NCBI GenBank assembly: GCA_963716395.1
Contig: OY970309.1
Coordinates: forward strand, 3,680,001-3,744,000
Length of the DNA stretch: 64,000 nt
Direction: 5' to 3'
From: an uncultured Fibrobacteria bacterium
Lineage (GTDB): Bacteria; Fibrobacterota; Fibrobacteria; UBA11236
Shown: in pieces, positions 46,966 to 56,992 of the stretch
How positions within the stretch are numbered: position 1 is the first letter of the stretch
How the letters are laid out: every line of letters begins with the position of its first letter
Position numbers and translations under genes: made by a program
The notes under the pieces: model-generated
What the model was told of the DNA's origin: nothing
Database searches by the model: none
The model's input: only the letters and a program-made list of their open reading frames with translations

Positions 46966-48014
46966 AGCAACAAACCTACGGGCGCGAACAGCAAATTGCC
47001 GAACCAGGCCGCGAGCCGAGGCGGTAGGGTGCCGTTCTCACCCATCACCAAGCCCAGCCGTAAGGCCACGTAATACACGAAGGTGATGAGCAACGCGATG
47101 CCGAAATTACGGGCCAACCCCGTGCGCACGGTGTTGACGGCCAGAGCCGCGCCCATCAAAGCCATGAAAAAATTCACCCAGGCGCTGGCGATGCGGAAAT
47201 GCCAATCGGTCATCAGCGCATAAGCCGGCTCGCCGTTGCGCACCGCGATGGCGGCGCGGCGCCGCAATTCGGCCATGGGCATTTCCTCGGGATAGACGCG
47301 ATCGTCGAGCAGATCCCCGGGGCGATCCTTGAAATCGGCGAAGCGCCAGGTGTGGAAGGATTCGGCCCGCACGGAATCGCCCCGGAATTCCCGGCGGATT
47401 CCCTGCATAAAAACCCAACCATGATCCCAGCGCAATTGCGCCGCGTCGATGCGCAATACCGGCAGGCCATGGTGAAAACGAAAGGCGGTCACATTATCGC
47501 CTTGCTTGCGGCTGCCGGAATAGTATTGAAAGAAGAGCTGGGTGCCGTCTTGGCCCGTGTACAGAAATTCGGTTCTGTCATGGGGATCACCGCCGAAATT
47601 GGTTTCTTCGTTGCTGGGCTCGCTGATCTGGTAGCGGCGATAATTGGCCTCGGGCAGCACCCGATCCTGAAACCAGAACATAAAGGCGCTGAGCCCAAGG
47701 CCCGCGATCAGGATGGGCGCCAGAATACGCGTCACCGATACCCCCGCGGCGCGCAGCGCCACTAGTTCCAAGTGCTTGGCGAGCGCGCCCACCGAAAACA
47801 CCGCGGCCAAGAGCAGGGCGATGGGGCAAACCAGGTAGGCGATGTAGGGCAAGTAGTTCAAGTAATAGTGGTAGCGATCGGCGGGCGGCCGCGACAGCCA
47901 GATGCGGGAGTTGCCCACAAAGTCGATGATGACGAAGATCAGCACCGAAGAAGCAAAGCACAGCAGGAACAATCCTGCGAAGGCCTTGAGCACGTGGCGG
48001 GTGTAAATTTTCAC
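46941..48014 (-). CDS. lptG: LPS export permease LptG family
   Basis: KIYTRHV.., ELVALRAAGVS, AAWFGNLLF; GTG overlaps the lptF stop. Confidence 0.88.
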   Translation of the reverse strand: MKIYTRHVLKAFAGLFLLCFASSVLIFVIIDFVGNSRIWLSRPPADRYHYYLNYLPYIAYLVCPIALLLAAVFSVGALAKHLELVALRAAGVSVTRILAPILIAGLGLSAFMFWFQDRVLPEANYRRYQISEPSNEETNFGGDPHDRTEFLYTGQDGTQLFFQYYSGSRKQGDNVTAFRFHHGLPVLRIDAAQLRWDHGWVFMQGIRREFRGDSVRAESFHTWRFADFKDRPGDLLDDRVYPEEMPMAELRRRAAIAVRNGEPAYALMTDWHFRIASAWVNFFMALMGAALAVNTVRTGLARNFGIALLITFVYYVALRLGLVMGENGTLPPRLAAWFGNLLFAPVGLLLWWRAVRV

Positions 48015-49417
48015 GCCGCCGCCCTGCGCCCGCCGAAGCGCCCCAGTACCGCTTTGAGCCGACGCCAGGGCGACTTGGCGGCGGTTACGTAGCGTTCGCG
48101 CAGCATGCGGCCGGTGAGCCAAAGCCCCGCGGCACCCACGATCAGATTGGGGCCCCACATCGCCAGCCAGGGGGAAATGATGAGGCGATCGGCCAAAGCC
48201 TCACCGCGAATCAGCCCGACCCAATACAACAGGAAAAAGAAAATGCTGTACAGCACGCCGGTACCGATGCCTCCGCGCCGGGCCATGATACCCAGGGGCG
48301 CTCCGATCAACACAAACACCAGGCAGGCCACGGGGATGGAAAACTTCTTATGGATTTCCACGGAGTATTGGCTGATTTCGCGCCGCTCGTTGTCGGCGCG
48401 GTTTTGATAGCGCTCGATATTGTAGAACTTGTCGTTTTCCATCCGCCGGACTTGGGCGAAGGTATTCGGCGTCAACTTCACCAGTCGGGTCCACGGCGTG
48501 GCCAGCAGCCGCGGCACAACCGCCGAGGAATCGGCGGAGAATTGAATGTCCATGGCATGCAAGTCATCGAAAATTTTATCGCGGTACTCGCCCCGCAAAT
48601 CGTGCAGCCTTTGCCGGCTTTCGCGCACAATGGCCTGCATGGCTTCAACCGACATTTCCCGATCGGTGCGGTAGCTGCGGTTCTCGTGTTCCAAGGCCGC
48701 GTCGACATTGTCGATGGCCACGGTTTGCCGGGCGAAATGGATGCGGATATACCCTTGCGGATCGCGTTGCTCCACGGCCTGGTTCTCGCCATGCCGCAGG
48801 TGGATGAGAATGGTTTTGCCGCCATTGACGTATTCCATCGAGGCTGAATCGGCATAGGTGTAGCGAATGGGTTTGCCCGGGTCCTGCTGGTATATGCGCA
48901 CCCCATACAGCATACCCCGCTTGTCGTCCAGCCGGTCAATCCAAATCTGGTATCCCTGAAAATCGCGAATCAGCCGCCGCGCTTCGATCAGGGCCGTGGG
49001 CTTCTTGCGGCTGATGTCATTGCGCAATTCGGCCGCGCGGTAATTGGCGTCCGGAAGCACGCGGTCGTTAAACCACACCATGGCGATGCCGAGCGCCAAG
49101 GCCACGGCCAACACCGGAACCATGGCCCGCAACGGGGAAACCCCCAAGGCGCGCAGCGCCGTCACCTCGTTGTCGGCCGACAGGCGTCCGAAGGCCATCA
49201 GCGCAGCCACCAGCACGGCCATGGGAATGGAAAGCGCCAGCATCCAAGCGAGGTTGAGCACGATGATTTCGATCACCACGCCCGGCTCCAATCCCTTGCT
49301 CAAAATGGAGGAGAGAATGCGGATCAGAAAATCGACGAGAAAAAGAAAAGTGATGACGAACAAGGCATAGCAGAAAGGCGCGAAATGCTCCTTGAGGATA
49401 TACCTTGTAAGCAACAT
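48011..49417 (-). CDS. lptF: LPS export permease LptF family
   Basis: MLLTRYILKE, FGRLSADNEVTALRALGVS, EIHKKFSIP, AMWGPN. Confidence 0.9.
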   Translation of the reverse strand: MLLTRYILKEHFAPFCYALFVITFLFLVDFLIRILSSILSKGLEPGVVIEIIVLNLAWMLALSIPMAVLVAALMAFGRLSADNEVTALRALGVSPLRAMVPVLAVALALGIAMVWFNDRVLPDANYRAAELRNDISRKKPTALIEARRLIRDFQGYQIWIDRLDDKRGMLYGVRIYQQDPGKPIRYTYADSASMEYVNGGKTILIHLRHGENQAVEQRDPQGYIRIHFARQTVAIDNVDAALEHENRSYRTDREMSVEAMQAIVRESRQRLHDLRGEYRDKIFDDLHAMDIQFSADSSAVVPRLLATPWTRLVKLTPNTFAQVRRMENDKFYNIERYQNRADNERREISQYSVEIHKKFSIPVACLVFVLIGAPLGIMARRGGIGTGVLYSIFFFLLYWVGLIRGEALADRLIISPWLAMWGPNLIVGAAGLWLTGRMLRERYVTAAKSPWRRLKAVLGRFGGRRAAA

Positions 49418-49442
49418 GCGGCTTGAATATACTACAAGCGCC
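49418..49442. promoter_or_regulatory. Bidirectional compact promoter between lptF and cpoB
   Basis: 25-bp gap with TATACT (+) and TATATT (-) overlapping, flanked by a GCTTG/CAAGC inverted repeat. Confidence 0.55.
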
Positions 49443-50324
49443 ATGCGGCCCATCGTGCGCATTCGACCACGTCGCGCCGCCCTCCTTTTGCCGGCGGCGA
49501 TCTTGGGCGCGTTGCTGCTGTACGGTTGCGCCGATATGAAGCCCCGGCCGACGCCGCCCAACGCCGCGCGATCGCCGATCGACCCCGAGACGCTCAAAGA
49601 GAATGCCGACGAGGCCCTCAAACTGGCGCAGGAAAACCGCCTCGACCTCCAAGCCTTGACGTCGCGCGTCAAGGATCTCGAAACCCAGGTCGAAACGCTT
49701 TCGGAACAATTCGCCTCGCTGCCGGCGGGAAAAATCGGAGCCGAAGGAACCGCCCTGGATTCGCTTCGGCTGCGCGTCGCAGCCCTGGAAGCGCACCTCG
49801 CCAAATCCGGAACCGCCGGAAGTAAACTCTCGACGTTTTCACCCGGCCCCCCGGACCTGGACCAAGCCACGCCTTCACCCGCCCAGGTCGCCGGCACCTT
49901 GCCTGAACCGAAACCAGCCGTGCAACGGAAAAAGGTTTCGGCCCCCGAGGCCGCGCTGTACCAAAAGGCCTTCAACCTCTTCTACGCCCGCAATTACACC
50001 GGCGCCATTCCGCTTTTTGAAGAGTTGCGCGACAAGTATCCGCGGGGCGGCTATGCCGATAATGCGGTGTATTGGATGGGCGAATGCCAATATGCCCTGG
50101 GTAATTTCACCCAAGCCATCGCGTCCTTCCGCAAAGTGTTTAGCTATTCTGGAACCGAAAAGGCCGATGATGCGCAGTTGAAACTGGGATATTGCTATTT
50201 GCGGCTCGGAGACCGGAAAACGGCCGCCGACGAATTCCGCAAAGTTGTATCTTTGTACCCCAACAGCGAATACCGGGAACGCGCCCAAAGCGAACTGGCC
50301 AAATTGGAATCCTCGAGTCCCTAA
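49443..50324 (+). CDS. cpoB: Tol-Pal associated TPR lipoprotein CpoB/YbgF
   Basis: Lipobox LYG|C, coiled coil, TPRs (ADNAVYWMGECQY, ADDAQLKLG, YPNS). Confidence 0.85.
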   Translation: MRPIVRIRPRRAALLLPAAILGALLLYGCADMKPRPTPPNAARSPIDPETLKENADEALKLAQENRLDLQALTSRVKDLETQVETLSEQFASLPAGKIGAEGTALDSLRLRVAALEAHLAKSGTAGSKLSTFSPGPPDLDQATPSPAQVAGTLPEPKPAVQRKKVSAPEAALYQKAFNLFYARNYTGAIPLFEELRDKYPRGGYADNAVYWMGECQYALGNFTQAIASFRKVFSYSGTEKADDAQLKLGYCYLRLGDRKTAADEFRKVVSLYPNSEYRERAQSELAKLESSSP

Positions 50325-50329
50325 TCTCC

Positions 50330-51157
50330 ATGACACATTTCCTTTCCCTACGACGCGGTCTTGGGGTCGCGCTGGCGACCATGGTCCTGGTTGCTTGCAG
50401 CAGCAAGCCGAAAAACCTGCAAGGCGATTGCCGCACCCAATTCGCCAAACTCGATGCCCAATTTCAAAAGAAAAAATACGCCTCGGCGAAAGAGGGCCTG
50501 TCGGATTTCACCACCACATGCGCCGGCACCGAACACGCCGAACAGGCCGAGTTTGAATTGTGCGAATCGCATTTCGCGCTGCAGGAGTGGATGGAAGCCG
50601 AAGAGGAATACTCCTCTTTCCTGAAAGATTTTCCCGGATCCAAACAGGAAGAACTGGCGCGCTATCGGCTGGCGCAAAGCATGGCCAACCAGGCGGGATC
50701 ACCCCAGCGCGATCAATCCAAAACCGTAGACGCCATTCATGAATTCGAAACCTATTTGGCCGATTATCCCGAATCGCCGCACAGCGATAGCGCCAAGTCG
50801 GAATTGGATCGCCTGCACAAGTTGCTCGCCGCCCGCGATATGGGCATCGCACATTTGTACCTGCGTATGGGCGAACCGCTGGCGGCCGCGATTTACTACA
50901 AGCATATACTGAACCAATACGGCGACCGCGTGCCGCAGCGCGAGATCATCCTGAAATTGGTGAACTGCTACATCGAATTGCAACAGTTCAACGAGGCTGA
51001 AACCCAGTTGACGCGGCTCGATGGAGTTCCCAAAGACGACCCGTTTTTGGGCAAGGTCAAAGCCATGCATAAAAAGCTGGAAAAGGCCGAGACCCGATAC
51101 GCCCGCGAAAAGAAGGCCGAAAAAGAAGAGGAAGCGCAGAAACCCCGCGCCTTGTGA
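50330..51157 (+). CDS. bamD: Outer membrane protein assembly factor BamD
   Basis: Lipobox LVA|C, TPRs, RDQSKT, YPES, IAHLYLR..AAAIYY. Confidence 0.85.
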   Translation: MTHFLSLRRGLGVALATMVLVACSSKPKNLQGDCRTQFAKLDAQFQKKKYASAKEGLSDFTTTCAGTEHAEQAEFELCESHFALQEWMEAEEEYSSFLKDFPGSKQEELARYRLAQSMANQAGSPQRDQSKTVDAIHEFETYLADYPESPHSDSAKSELDRLHKLLAARDMGIAHLYLRMGEPLAAAIYYKHILNQYGDRVPQREIILKLVNCYIELQQFNEAETQLTRLDGVPKDDPFLGKVKAMHKKLEKAETRYAREKKAEKEEEAQKPRAL

Positions 51158-51175
51158 AGGCGAAGGGTGCACGCT

Positions 51176-51775
51176 ATGCGCATCGGCGTTTTCGGCGGCG
51201 CTTTCGACCCCCCGCATGCGGCGCATGCGGCCGTGGCCGCGGCCGCGCAACGCGAATTGAACCTCGACCGGGTGTTGTGGATTCCCACGGCATACCCACC
51301 GCATAAGCAGACGCCTGCGACCGCCTTCGAACATCGCTTCGGTATGGTCGCGGCTTTGATTCAAGGTTGTTCCGGCCAGGAAGTGTCGGAGGTGGAAGCC
51401 TCATTGCCGCCGCCTTCGTATATGCTGCGAACCTTGCGCACCCTCAAAGCGGCCTCGGGTTCGGGCCATGCCTGGTATCTCATCGTGGGGGCCGACCAAT
51501 GGTCCGCTTTTCCGCGCTGGCATGATCCCGAAGCCGTGCTGGCCGAGGCCGAGCTGGTGGTCTATCCGCGCAATGGATTGCCACTCGGCGAATTGCCGCC
51601 CCGGGTACAGGCTTTGCATTGCCCGGAGATTTCCGAGGCTTCGCAGGCCTGGCGCGAGCAATTGCGCCGGCATCCCGACGCGGTTTTGTCACAACTTCCG
51701 GACCCCGTGGCCCGCTATATCCGCCGAAACGGGCTCTATGGGCTCAACGGACTCAAGCCCCAAGGGGCGGCATGA
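51176..51775 (+). CDS. nadD: Nicotinate-nucleotide adenylyltransferase
   Basis: GVFGGAFDPPHAAH, PPHK, IVGAD, W..PE, VARYIRRNGLY. Confidence 0.92.
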   Translation: MRIGVFGGAFDPPHAAHAAVAAAAQRELNLDRVLWIPTAYPPHKQTPATAFEHRFGMVAALIQGCSGQEVSEVEASLPPPSYMLRTLRTLKAASGSGHAWYLIVGADQWSAFPRWHDPEAVLAEAELVVYPRNGLPLGELPPRVQALHCPEISEASQAWREQLRRHPDAVLSQLPDPVARYIRRNGLYGLNGLKPQGAA

Positions 51776-52719
51776 AGCCGTGGGCCGTGGCCTTGCTGGC
51801 CCTGCGGGCCCTGGCCGATCCCGCGGCCGTCGGCACCATGCCGGCCGATTCGCTGGCGGCCTTTCGCAGCGACTCGGCGAGCCTTTCCGCCATCCACTCC
51901 GTCGAAGCCGGCAATTCAGGCGGCCCGCGCCGGAGTGCGGCGGGCAAGGCTTCGTTCGACAGCTTGGAGCGCAAGCTGGAGCACCGTCACATCGCGATCG
52001 GGTTCACGGCCGGGATTTCTTTCACCGAGCACTCGGCCCAGGATCTGTTCGCGAACCATCTCGACACCATCGCCAATCGCGACAGCCTGCAAATACTGCA
52101 ACCCTACGATCCGGTCGATCTTTTTTTCCCCGTGGGCCTGATGGTGACCGTGCCGCTGTCCCGCCATCTCGACCTGTGGGTGCGCACCGACCACTTCTGG
52201 TATACGCAATCGGCATTGGCTCAGGGCACGGGCCCGGCGCAGGAATTCTGGTTCGCTGTGCAGGCGCAACTGGCGGGCCTGGGAATTCGGTATTTGATTC
52301 CCGTCACGTTTTTGTCGGTTTCGGGCCGTCCGGGATTGTATGTGGCCTATACCCAATACTGGAATTTCGCCAACACCGAGATGTACGCGCCCACGGGGTC
52401 GGTGCGGGCGCGCACCGAATTGGCCGGGGCCGGTTACGAAATCCAGGCCGGCTTCCAGCAGGATTTCAGTCGGCGCTGGACAGTCACGGGCGGGCTTTCC
52501 TTCGCCAATTTCGATTTCCAGAGCCGGCAATCGTGGCGCGCCATTCTTCCCGATGCACCGGACACGCCGGCAGAATGGCAATTGCGCGCCTTGCGGCTCA
52601 CGTTTCAATTTCTGTACCAGTTTAAAGTGGAGAGAACCTCGTCGCCGCCCGCCAGTCCGCCGACCGACACCCCACCGCCCGGCGGGCTGGCGCCGAAGCC
52701 GCTTGTGCCAAAGCAATAA
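51772..52719 (+). CDS. Putative outer membrane beta-barrel protein
   Basis: Signal peptide, amphipathic beta-strands, last strand LRLTFQFLYQF, then a Pro-rich tail. Confidence 0.6.
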   Translation: MKPWAVALLALRALADPAAVGTMPADSLAAFRSDSASLSAIHSVEAGNSGGPRRSAAGKASFDSLERKLEHRHIAIGFTAGISFTEHSAQDLFANHLDTIANRDSLQILQPYDPVDLFFPVGLMVTVPLSRHLDLWVRTDHFWYTQSALAQGTGPAQEFWFAVQAQLAGLGIRYLIPVTFLSVSGRPGLYVAYTQYWNFANTEMYAPTGSVRARTELAGAGYEIQAGFQQDFSRRWTVTGGLSFANFDFQSRQSWRAILPDAPDTPAEWQLRALRLTFQFLYQFKVERTSSPPASPPTDTPPPGGLAPKPLVPKQ

Positions 52720-52745
52720 AGCGCGCAAAAATTTAAGTTTGACCC

Positions 52746-53633
52746 GTGTCCGGCGCTTCCCTCCCCGTCATCCGCGAGTTTCCTCTGTTCCGGCGCGGCA
52801 AGGTGCGCGACGTCTACGATCTGGGCGAGCACCTGCTGATGGTGGCCTCGGATCGCATCTCGGCCTTTGATGTCATCATGCCCACGCCCATTCCCGACAA
52901 GGGGCGCATCCTGACGCAACTTTCGCTGTTCTGGTTCGACTTCCTCGGCGAACCCAACCACGTGGTCACGGCCGACGTGGCGGAATTTCCGGCGGCCCTG
53001 AAACCCTATGCCGAGGCCTTGCGCGGCCGGTCCCTGCTGGTGCGCAAAGCCCGGCGCTTCGACGTCGAATGCGTGGTGCGCGGCTATCTCGCCGGTTCCG
53101 GGTGGAAGGATTATCGCCGTTCGGGATCGATTTGCGGCGTGCCGTTGCCCGAGGGGTTGCGCCAGAGCGCCCGCCTCGCGGCTCCCATTTTTACGCCCGC
53201 GGCCAAAAACGATTCCGGCCACGACGAAAACATTTCCTTCGATCAGATGGCCGGGGCTATCGGCGAAGCCACCGCGGCCGATTTACGCGACCGCAGCCTG
53301 CGCCTCTACCGCCGCGCCCGCGATTATGCCGCCGCGCGCGGCGTCCTGCTCGCCGACACCAAATTCGAATTCGGCACCGTGCACGGTGACGTGCTGATCA
53401 TCGACGAGGTATTGACGCCCGACTCTTCGCGCTTCTGGCCCGCGGCCGAATATACGGAAGGCCGCGATCAGAAAAGCTTCGACAAGCAGTATCTTCGCGA
53501 TTATCTGGAAACCCTGGACTGGGGCAAAACCGCGCCGGGCCCGGATCTGCCCCGCGACGTGGTGGAAAACACCCGCGCCAAATATTGCGAAGCCTTTCGG
53601 CTGCTGACGGGAAAGGAGTTCCATGACGCCTAA
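52746..53633 (+). CDS. purC: SAICAR synthetase
   Basis: GKVRDVY, SDRISAFD, ECVVRGYLAGSG, ADTKFEFG, DEVLTPDSSRFW, SFDKQ. Confidence 0.98.
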   Translation: MSGASLPVIREFPLFRRGKVRDVYDLGEHLLMVASDRISAFDVIMPTPIPDKGRILTQLSLFWFDFLGEPNHVVTADVAEFPAALKPYAEALRGRSLLVRKARRFDVECVVRGYLAGSGWKDYRRSGSICGVPLPEGLRQSARLAAPIFTPAAKNDSGHDENISFDQMAGAIGEATAADLRDRSLRLYRRARDYAAARGVLLADTKFEFGTVHGDVLIIDEVLTPDSSRFWPAAEYTEGRDQKSFDKQYLRDYLETLDWGKTAPGPDLPRDVVENTRAKYCEAFRLLTGKEFHDA

Positions 53634-55230
53634 AACCGCGCTTCTCAGCGTTTCGGACAAACACGGCGTGCTGGCCTTGGCCTACGGCCTGCAAGCATTG
53701 GGCTGGCGCATTCTCAGCACCGGCGGCACGCTGCGGCATCTGCAGGAAAACGGTATTGCCGCCCAGTCGGTGTCGGAGCATACGGGCTCGCCGGAAATTC
53801 TCGACGGCCGGGTGAAAACCCTGCATCCCCGCATTCACGGCGGCATCTTGGCCCGCCGCGCCTTGCCCGAGCATCGCGCGCAGCTCGAAGAGCACCACAT
53901 CGATCCCATCGACCTGGTGGCCGTGAACCTCTACCCTTTCCGCGCGACCGTGGCCAAGCCTGGAGTAACGCTGGAAGAAGCGATTGAGAACATCGACATC
54001 GGCGGGCCGAGCATGCTGCGGTCGGCGGCCAAGAACCACGAAGACGTGGCCGTGCTCTGCGATCCCGAGGATTACGAACCGGCCTTGGCCGAATTGCGCG
54101 CCGAGGGCGCGTTATCGCTGGCCACCCGGCGGCGGCTGGCCGTCAAAGCTTTTCGCCATACCGCCGAATACGATGCGGCCGTCGACGCCTATCTGGCGGC
54201 CGCCATGCTCGACGAACCGGTGCTGCACCTGAGTTTCGGACCGGGGAAACCTTTGCGTTACGGTGAGAACGATCACCAGCAAGCCGTCTTCTACCGCGAA
54301 GCGCCGGGGGCCGAGTTCAATCTCGGCACCTGCCGGCAAGTGCACGGCAAAGAATTGAGCTACAACAATCTGGTCGATGCCGACGCCGCGCTCGAAGCCG
54401 TGCGCGATTTGCGCGAGGCTCCGGCCGTGGCGGTGATCAAGCACACCAATCCCTGCGGCTATGCCACGGGAGCCACCTTGACCGAAGCCTTCGAGGCCGC
54501 GTGGCAGGGCGATCCCGTGTCGGCTTTCGGATCGGTGATCGCCGTGTCGCGCCGCCTCGACCCAGCCACGGCCGAACGCCTGAAGGGCCGCTTCGTCGAG
54601 GTTTTGATCGCGCCCGGCTTCGATCCCGAAGCCCTAGATCTGCTGCGTAAGAAAAGCAAAGACATCCGCCTGCTCGATCTCGGCGAACTCAAGGCGCCGC
54701 AGCCGCGCAAGGTTTACAAACACGTGCTCGGCGGCCTGCTGGAACAGGATCGCGACGTCGACCTGTTCCGCAAATGGGAATGCGTCACAAAGGCCGCCTT
54801 TCCCGAGGCCCTGAAGCCGCTGGCGCAATTCACCTGGAAGGCCTGCAAGCACGTGAAGTCGAACGCCATCGCACTCGGTTATGAGTATGCTCCGGGCCGC
54901 TTCACCTTAATCGGCATGGGACCGGGCCAGCCGAACCGCATCGATTCCAACGTCAAACTGTGCCAGCCGCGCGCGCGCGAAAACCTCGAACGCATGGCGC
55001 AGGAACAAAGTTTTGAAACCCAGAGCTTCGTGCGCGAGGCGCTGGCCAAATGCGTGCTGGCCTCGGATGCCTTTTTCCCCTTTGACGACAACGTCAAGGC
55101 GGCGCAGGCGGGCGGCATCCGCTATCTGGTGCAACCCGGCGGCAGTCTGCGCGACGCCGAAGTGATCGCCAGCGCCGATGCGCTGGGCATGGCCATGGTC
55201 TTCACCGGCACGCGCCATTTCCGGCATTGA
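53623..55230 (+). CDS. purH: Bifunctional AICAR transformylase/IMP cyclohydrolase
   Basis: ALLSVSDK, GRVKTLHP, IDIGGPSM, LRYGEN, KHTNPCG, SDAFFPF, QPGGS, RHFRH. Confidence 0.98.
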   Translation: MTPKTALLSVSDKHGVLALAYGLQALGWRILSTGGTLRHLQENGIAAQSVSEHTGSPEILDGRVKTLHPRIHGGILARRALPEHRAQLEEHHIDPIDLVAVNLYPFRATVAKPGVTLEEAIENIDIGGPSMLRSAAKNHEDVAVLCDPEDYEPALAELRAEGALSLATRRRLAVKAFRHTAEYDAAVDAYLAAAMLDEPVLHLSFGPGKPLRYGENDHQQAVFYREAPGAEFNLGTCRQVHGKELSYNNLVDADAALEAVRDLREAPAVAVIKHTNPCGYATGATLTEAFEAAWQGDPVSAFGSVIAVSRRLDPATAERLKGRFVEVLIAPGFDPEALDLLRKKSKDIRLLDLGELKAPQPRKVYKHVLGGLLEQDRDVDLFRKWECVTKAAFPEALKPLAQFTWKACKHVKSNAIALGYEYAPGRFTLIGMGPGQPNRIDSNVKLCQPRARENLERMAQEQSFETQSFVREALAKCVLASDAFFPFDDNVKAAQAGGIRYLVQPGGSLRDAEVIASADALGMAMVFTGTRHFRH

Positions 55231-55232
55231 AT

Positions 55233-55670
55233 ATGGAATGGGACCGGAATCCCTTGTGGCCCCAAGCGCTCGACGCCGTGCAGGTCCACTTCAAATCGTG
55301 GTGGGAAGCCGGCGCGCGCAAACGCGGGTGGACGGCGCTGGCCGACGATTTGGGACGGCTCGGTCTGGATAAGAATGCCCGCGCCGGTCTGCTGGGCTGG
55401 GCCGAAACCCTGGCGGCCCAGCGCGGAAGAACGCCGCTGCGCGTGCGCCTGCTGCATCCCATGGAGCGGGAAATGCTCACGGTCGAAGGTTATGGCCGCC
55501 TGCTCGAACTCTACCGCATCGGCCTTCTGGACGGCCCGGCCCTGGAGCAGATTCTGGATCAATGCGCGGGACTGACCCAGCTTCCCGCCACGGCCGCCCA
55601 AATCCAGGTGCTGGCGCAGCGGTTGCTGTCCGAAAGCATTTCCGCGCAGGGATTCGGACTCCCCCATTGA
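55233..55670 (+). CDS. Smg/DUF494-like protein
   Basis: RLLHPMEREMLTVEGYGRLLEL..LEQILD resembles the Smg C-terminal motif; lies directly upstream of trmFO. Confidence 0.55.
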   Translation: MEWDRNPLWPQALDAVQVHFKSWWEAGARKRGWTALADDLGRLGLDKNARAGLLGWAETLAAQRGRTPLRVRLLHPMEREMLTVEGYGRLLELYRIGLLDGPALEQILDQCAGLTQLPATAAQIQVLAQRLLSESISAQGFGLPH

Positions 55671-56992
55671 ATCCGATTCGTGTCATCGGCGGCGGTTTGG
55701 CCGGCTGCGAAGCTGCTTTGCAATTGGCCGCGGCGGGCCATGCCGTCGATCTTTTCGAAATGCGTCCGGTGCGGCCGACGCCGGCGCATCGCACCGGCGG
55801 GCTGGCCGAGCTGGTGTGTTCGAATTCGTTCAAGGGCCTGGGCGCGGCTTCGGCGCATGGCCTCTTGAAAGAAGAACTGCGGCAACTCGGGTGCAAATTG
55901 CTGGTGCTGGCCCAAGCGTCGCGCGTTCCGGCCGGCGAAAGCCTGGCGGTCGACCGCGAGGCCTTTTCACAACGGGTGCAGGCCGCGATTGAATTCAACC
56001 CGCGCATCCGTTTACACCGCGAAGAAGTCACGGCGCTCGACCCCGAAGCGTGGACGCTCTTGGCCACCGGGCCCTTGACCTCCGACGCTTTGGCGCAAAA
56101 CCTTTTCGCCCAACTGGGCCAAGACCGCCTCTTCTTTTTCGATTCCATTGCGCCTGTGGTCATGGCCGATAGTCTGGAACCGGATTTTCTGTTCGCCAAA
56201 AACCGTTGGGACAAAGGCGACGCGCCCGACTTTCTGAATTGTCCGCTGGATCGCGAGCAGTATGACGCGCTGATCGCCTCTTTGGTACAGGCCGACACCG
56301 TGGAACCCAAGCCCTTTGAAAAGGGGCAATTGTTCGAAGGCTGTTTGCCCATCGAAGAAATGGCCAAGCGCGGCCCCGATACTTTGCGCCACGGCCCCAT
56401 GCGGCCGGTGGGACTGCACGACCCACGCACGGGCAAGATTCCGCATGCCGTGATTCAATTACGCGCCGAGAATCAGCAGAAATCACTGTACAACTTGGTG
56501 GGATTTCAAACCCGGCTCAAATGGGGCACGCAAAAAGAAATTCTGACCCGCATTCCGGGATTGCGGAACGCGGTGTTCGCGCGCTTCGGCGCCATGCATC
56601 GCAATACCTTTCTCGATTCACCGCGCCTGCTCGAACCCTCCCTGCGTTTGCGCGGCACGCGCATTTTCTGCGCCGGCCAATTGACCGGAGCCGAAGGCTA
56701 CACCGAAGCCTTATCCACCGGATTCTATGCCGCTTCCTGCCTGCATGCCGCCTTGTCGGGCGAAAAGGATTTTCGCTGGCCCGAAGCATCTGGTATCGGT
56801 GCCTTGGTGCGTCACTTGACCAGCCCCAATCCCGATTTTCAGCCCATGAATTTCAATTTCGGGCTGTTGCCTGTCGACCCGTTGTGGCCGAAAAAACAGC
56901 GCAAACAAATGCAAATCGACGCCTGCCGGCAAGCGTGGACCGACTTTCGGCCCATGGGCGAAGCCGTTGACTTGACGGCAATTCCTTATTAA
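55667..56992 (+). CDS. trmFO: Folate-dependent tRNA (uracil-5)-methyltransferase
   Basis: GGGLAGCEAA, AELVCSNS, FEGCLPIE, NLVGFQTRL, MHRNTF, FQPMNFNFGL; TTG start overlaps the upstream stop. Confidence 0.96.
   Translation: MNPIRVIGGGLAGCEAALQLAAAGHAVDLFEMRPVRPTPAHRTGGLAELVCSNSFKGLGAASAHGLLKEELRQLGCKLLVLAQASRVPAGESLAVDREAFSQRVQAAIEFNPRIRLHREEVTALDPEAWTLLATGPLTSDALAQNLFAQLGQDRLFFFDSIAPVVMADSLEPDFLFAKNRWDKGDAPDFLNCPLDREQYDALIASLVQADTVEPKPFEKGQLFEGCLPIEEMAKRGPDTLRHGPMRPVGLHDPRTGKIPHAVIQLRAENQQKSLYNLVGFQTRLKWGTQKEILTRIPGLRNAVFARFGAMHRNTFLDSPRLLEPSLRLRGTRIFCAGQLTGAEGYTEALSTGFYAASCLHAALSGEKDFRWPEASGIGALVRHLTSPNPDFQPMNFNFGLLPVDPLWPKKQRKQMQIDACRQAWTDFRPMGEAVDLTAIPY

Noticed and set aside
51176-51230. 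HAAH instead of HxGH in NadD as a sign of inactivation
   Set aside because: This is a single conservative change with all other motifs intact.
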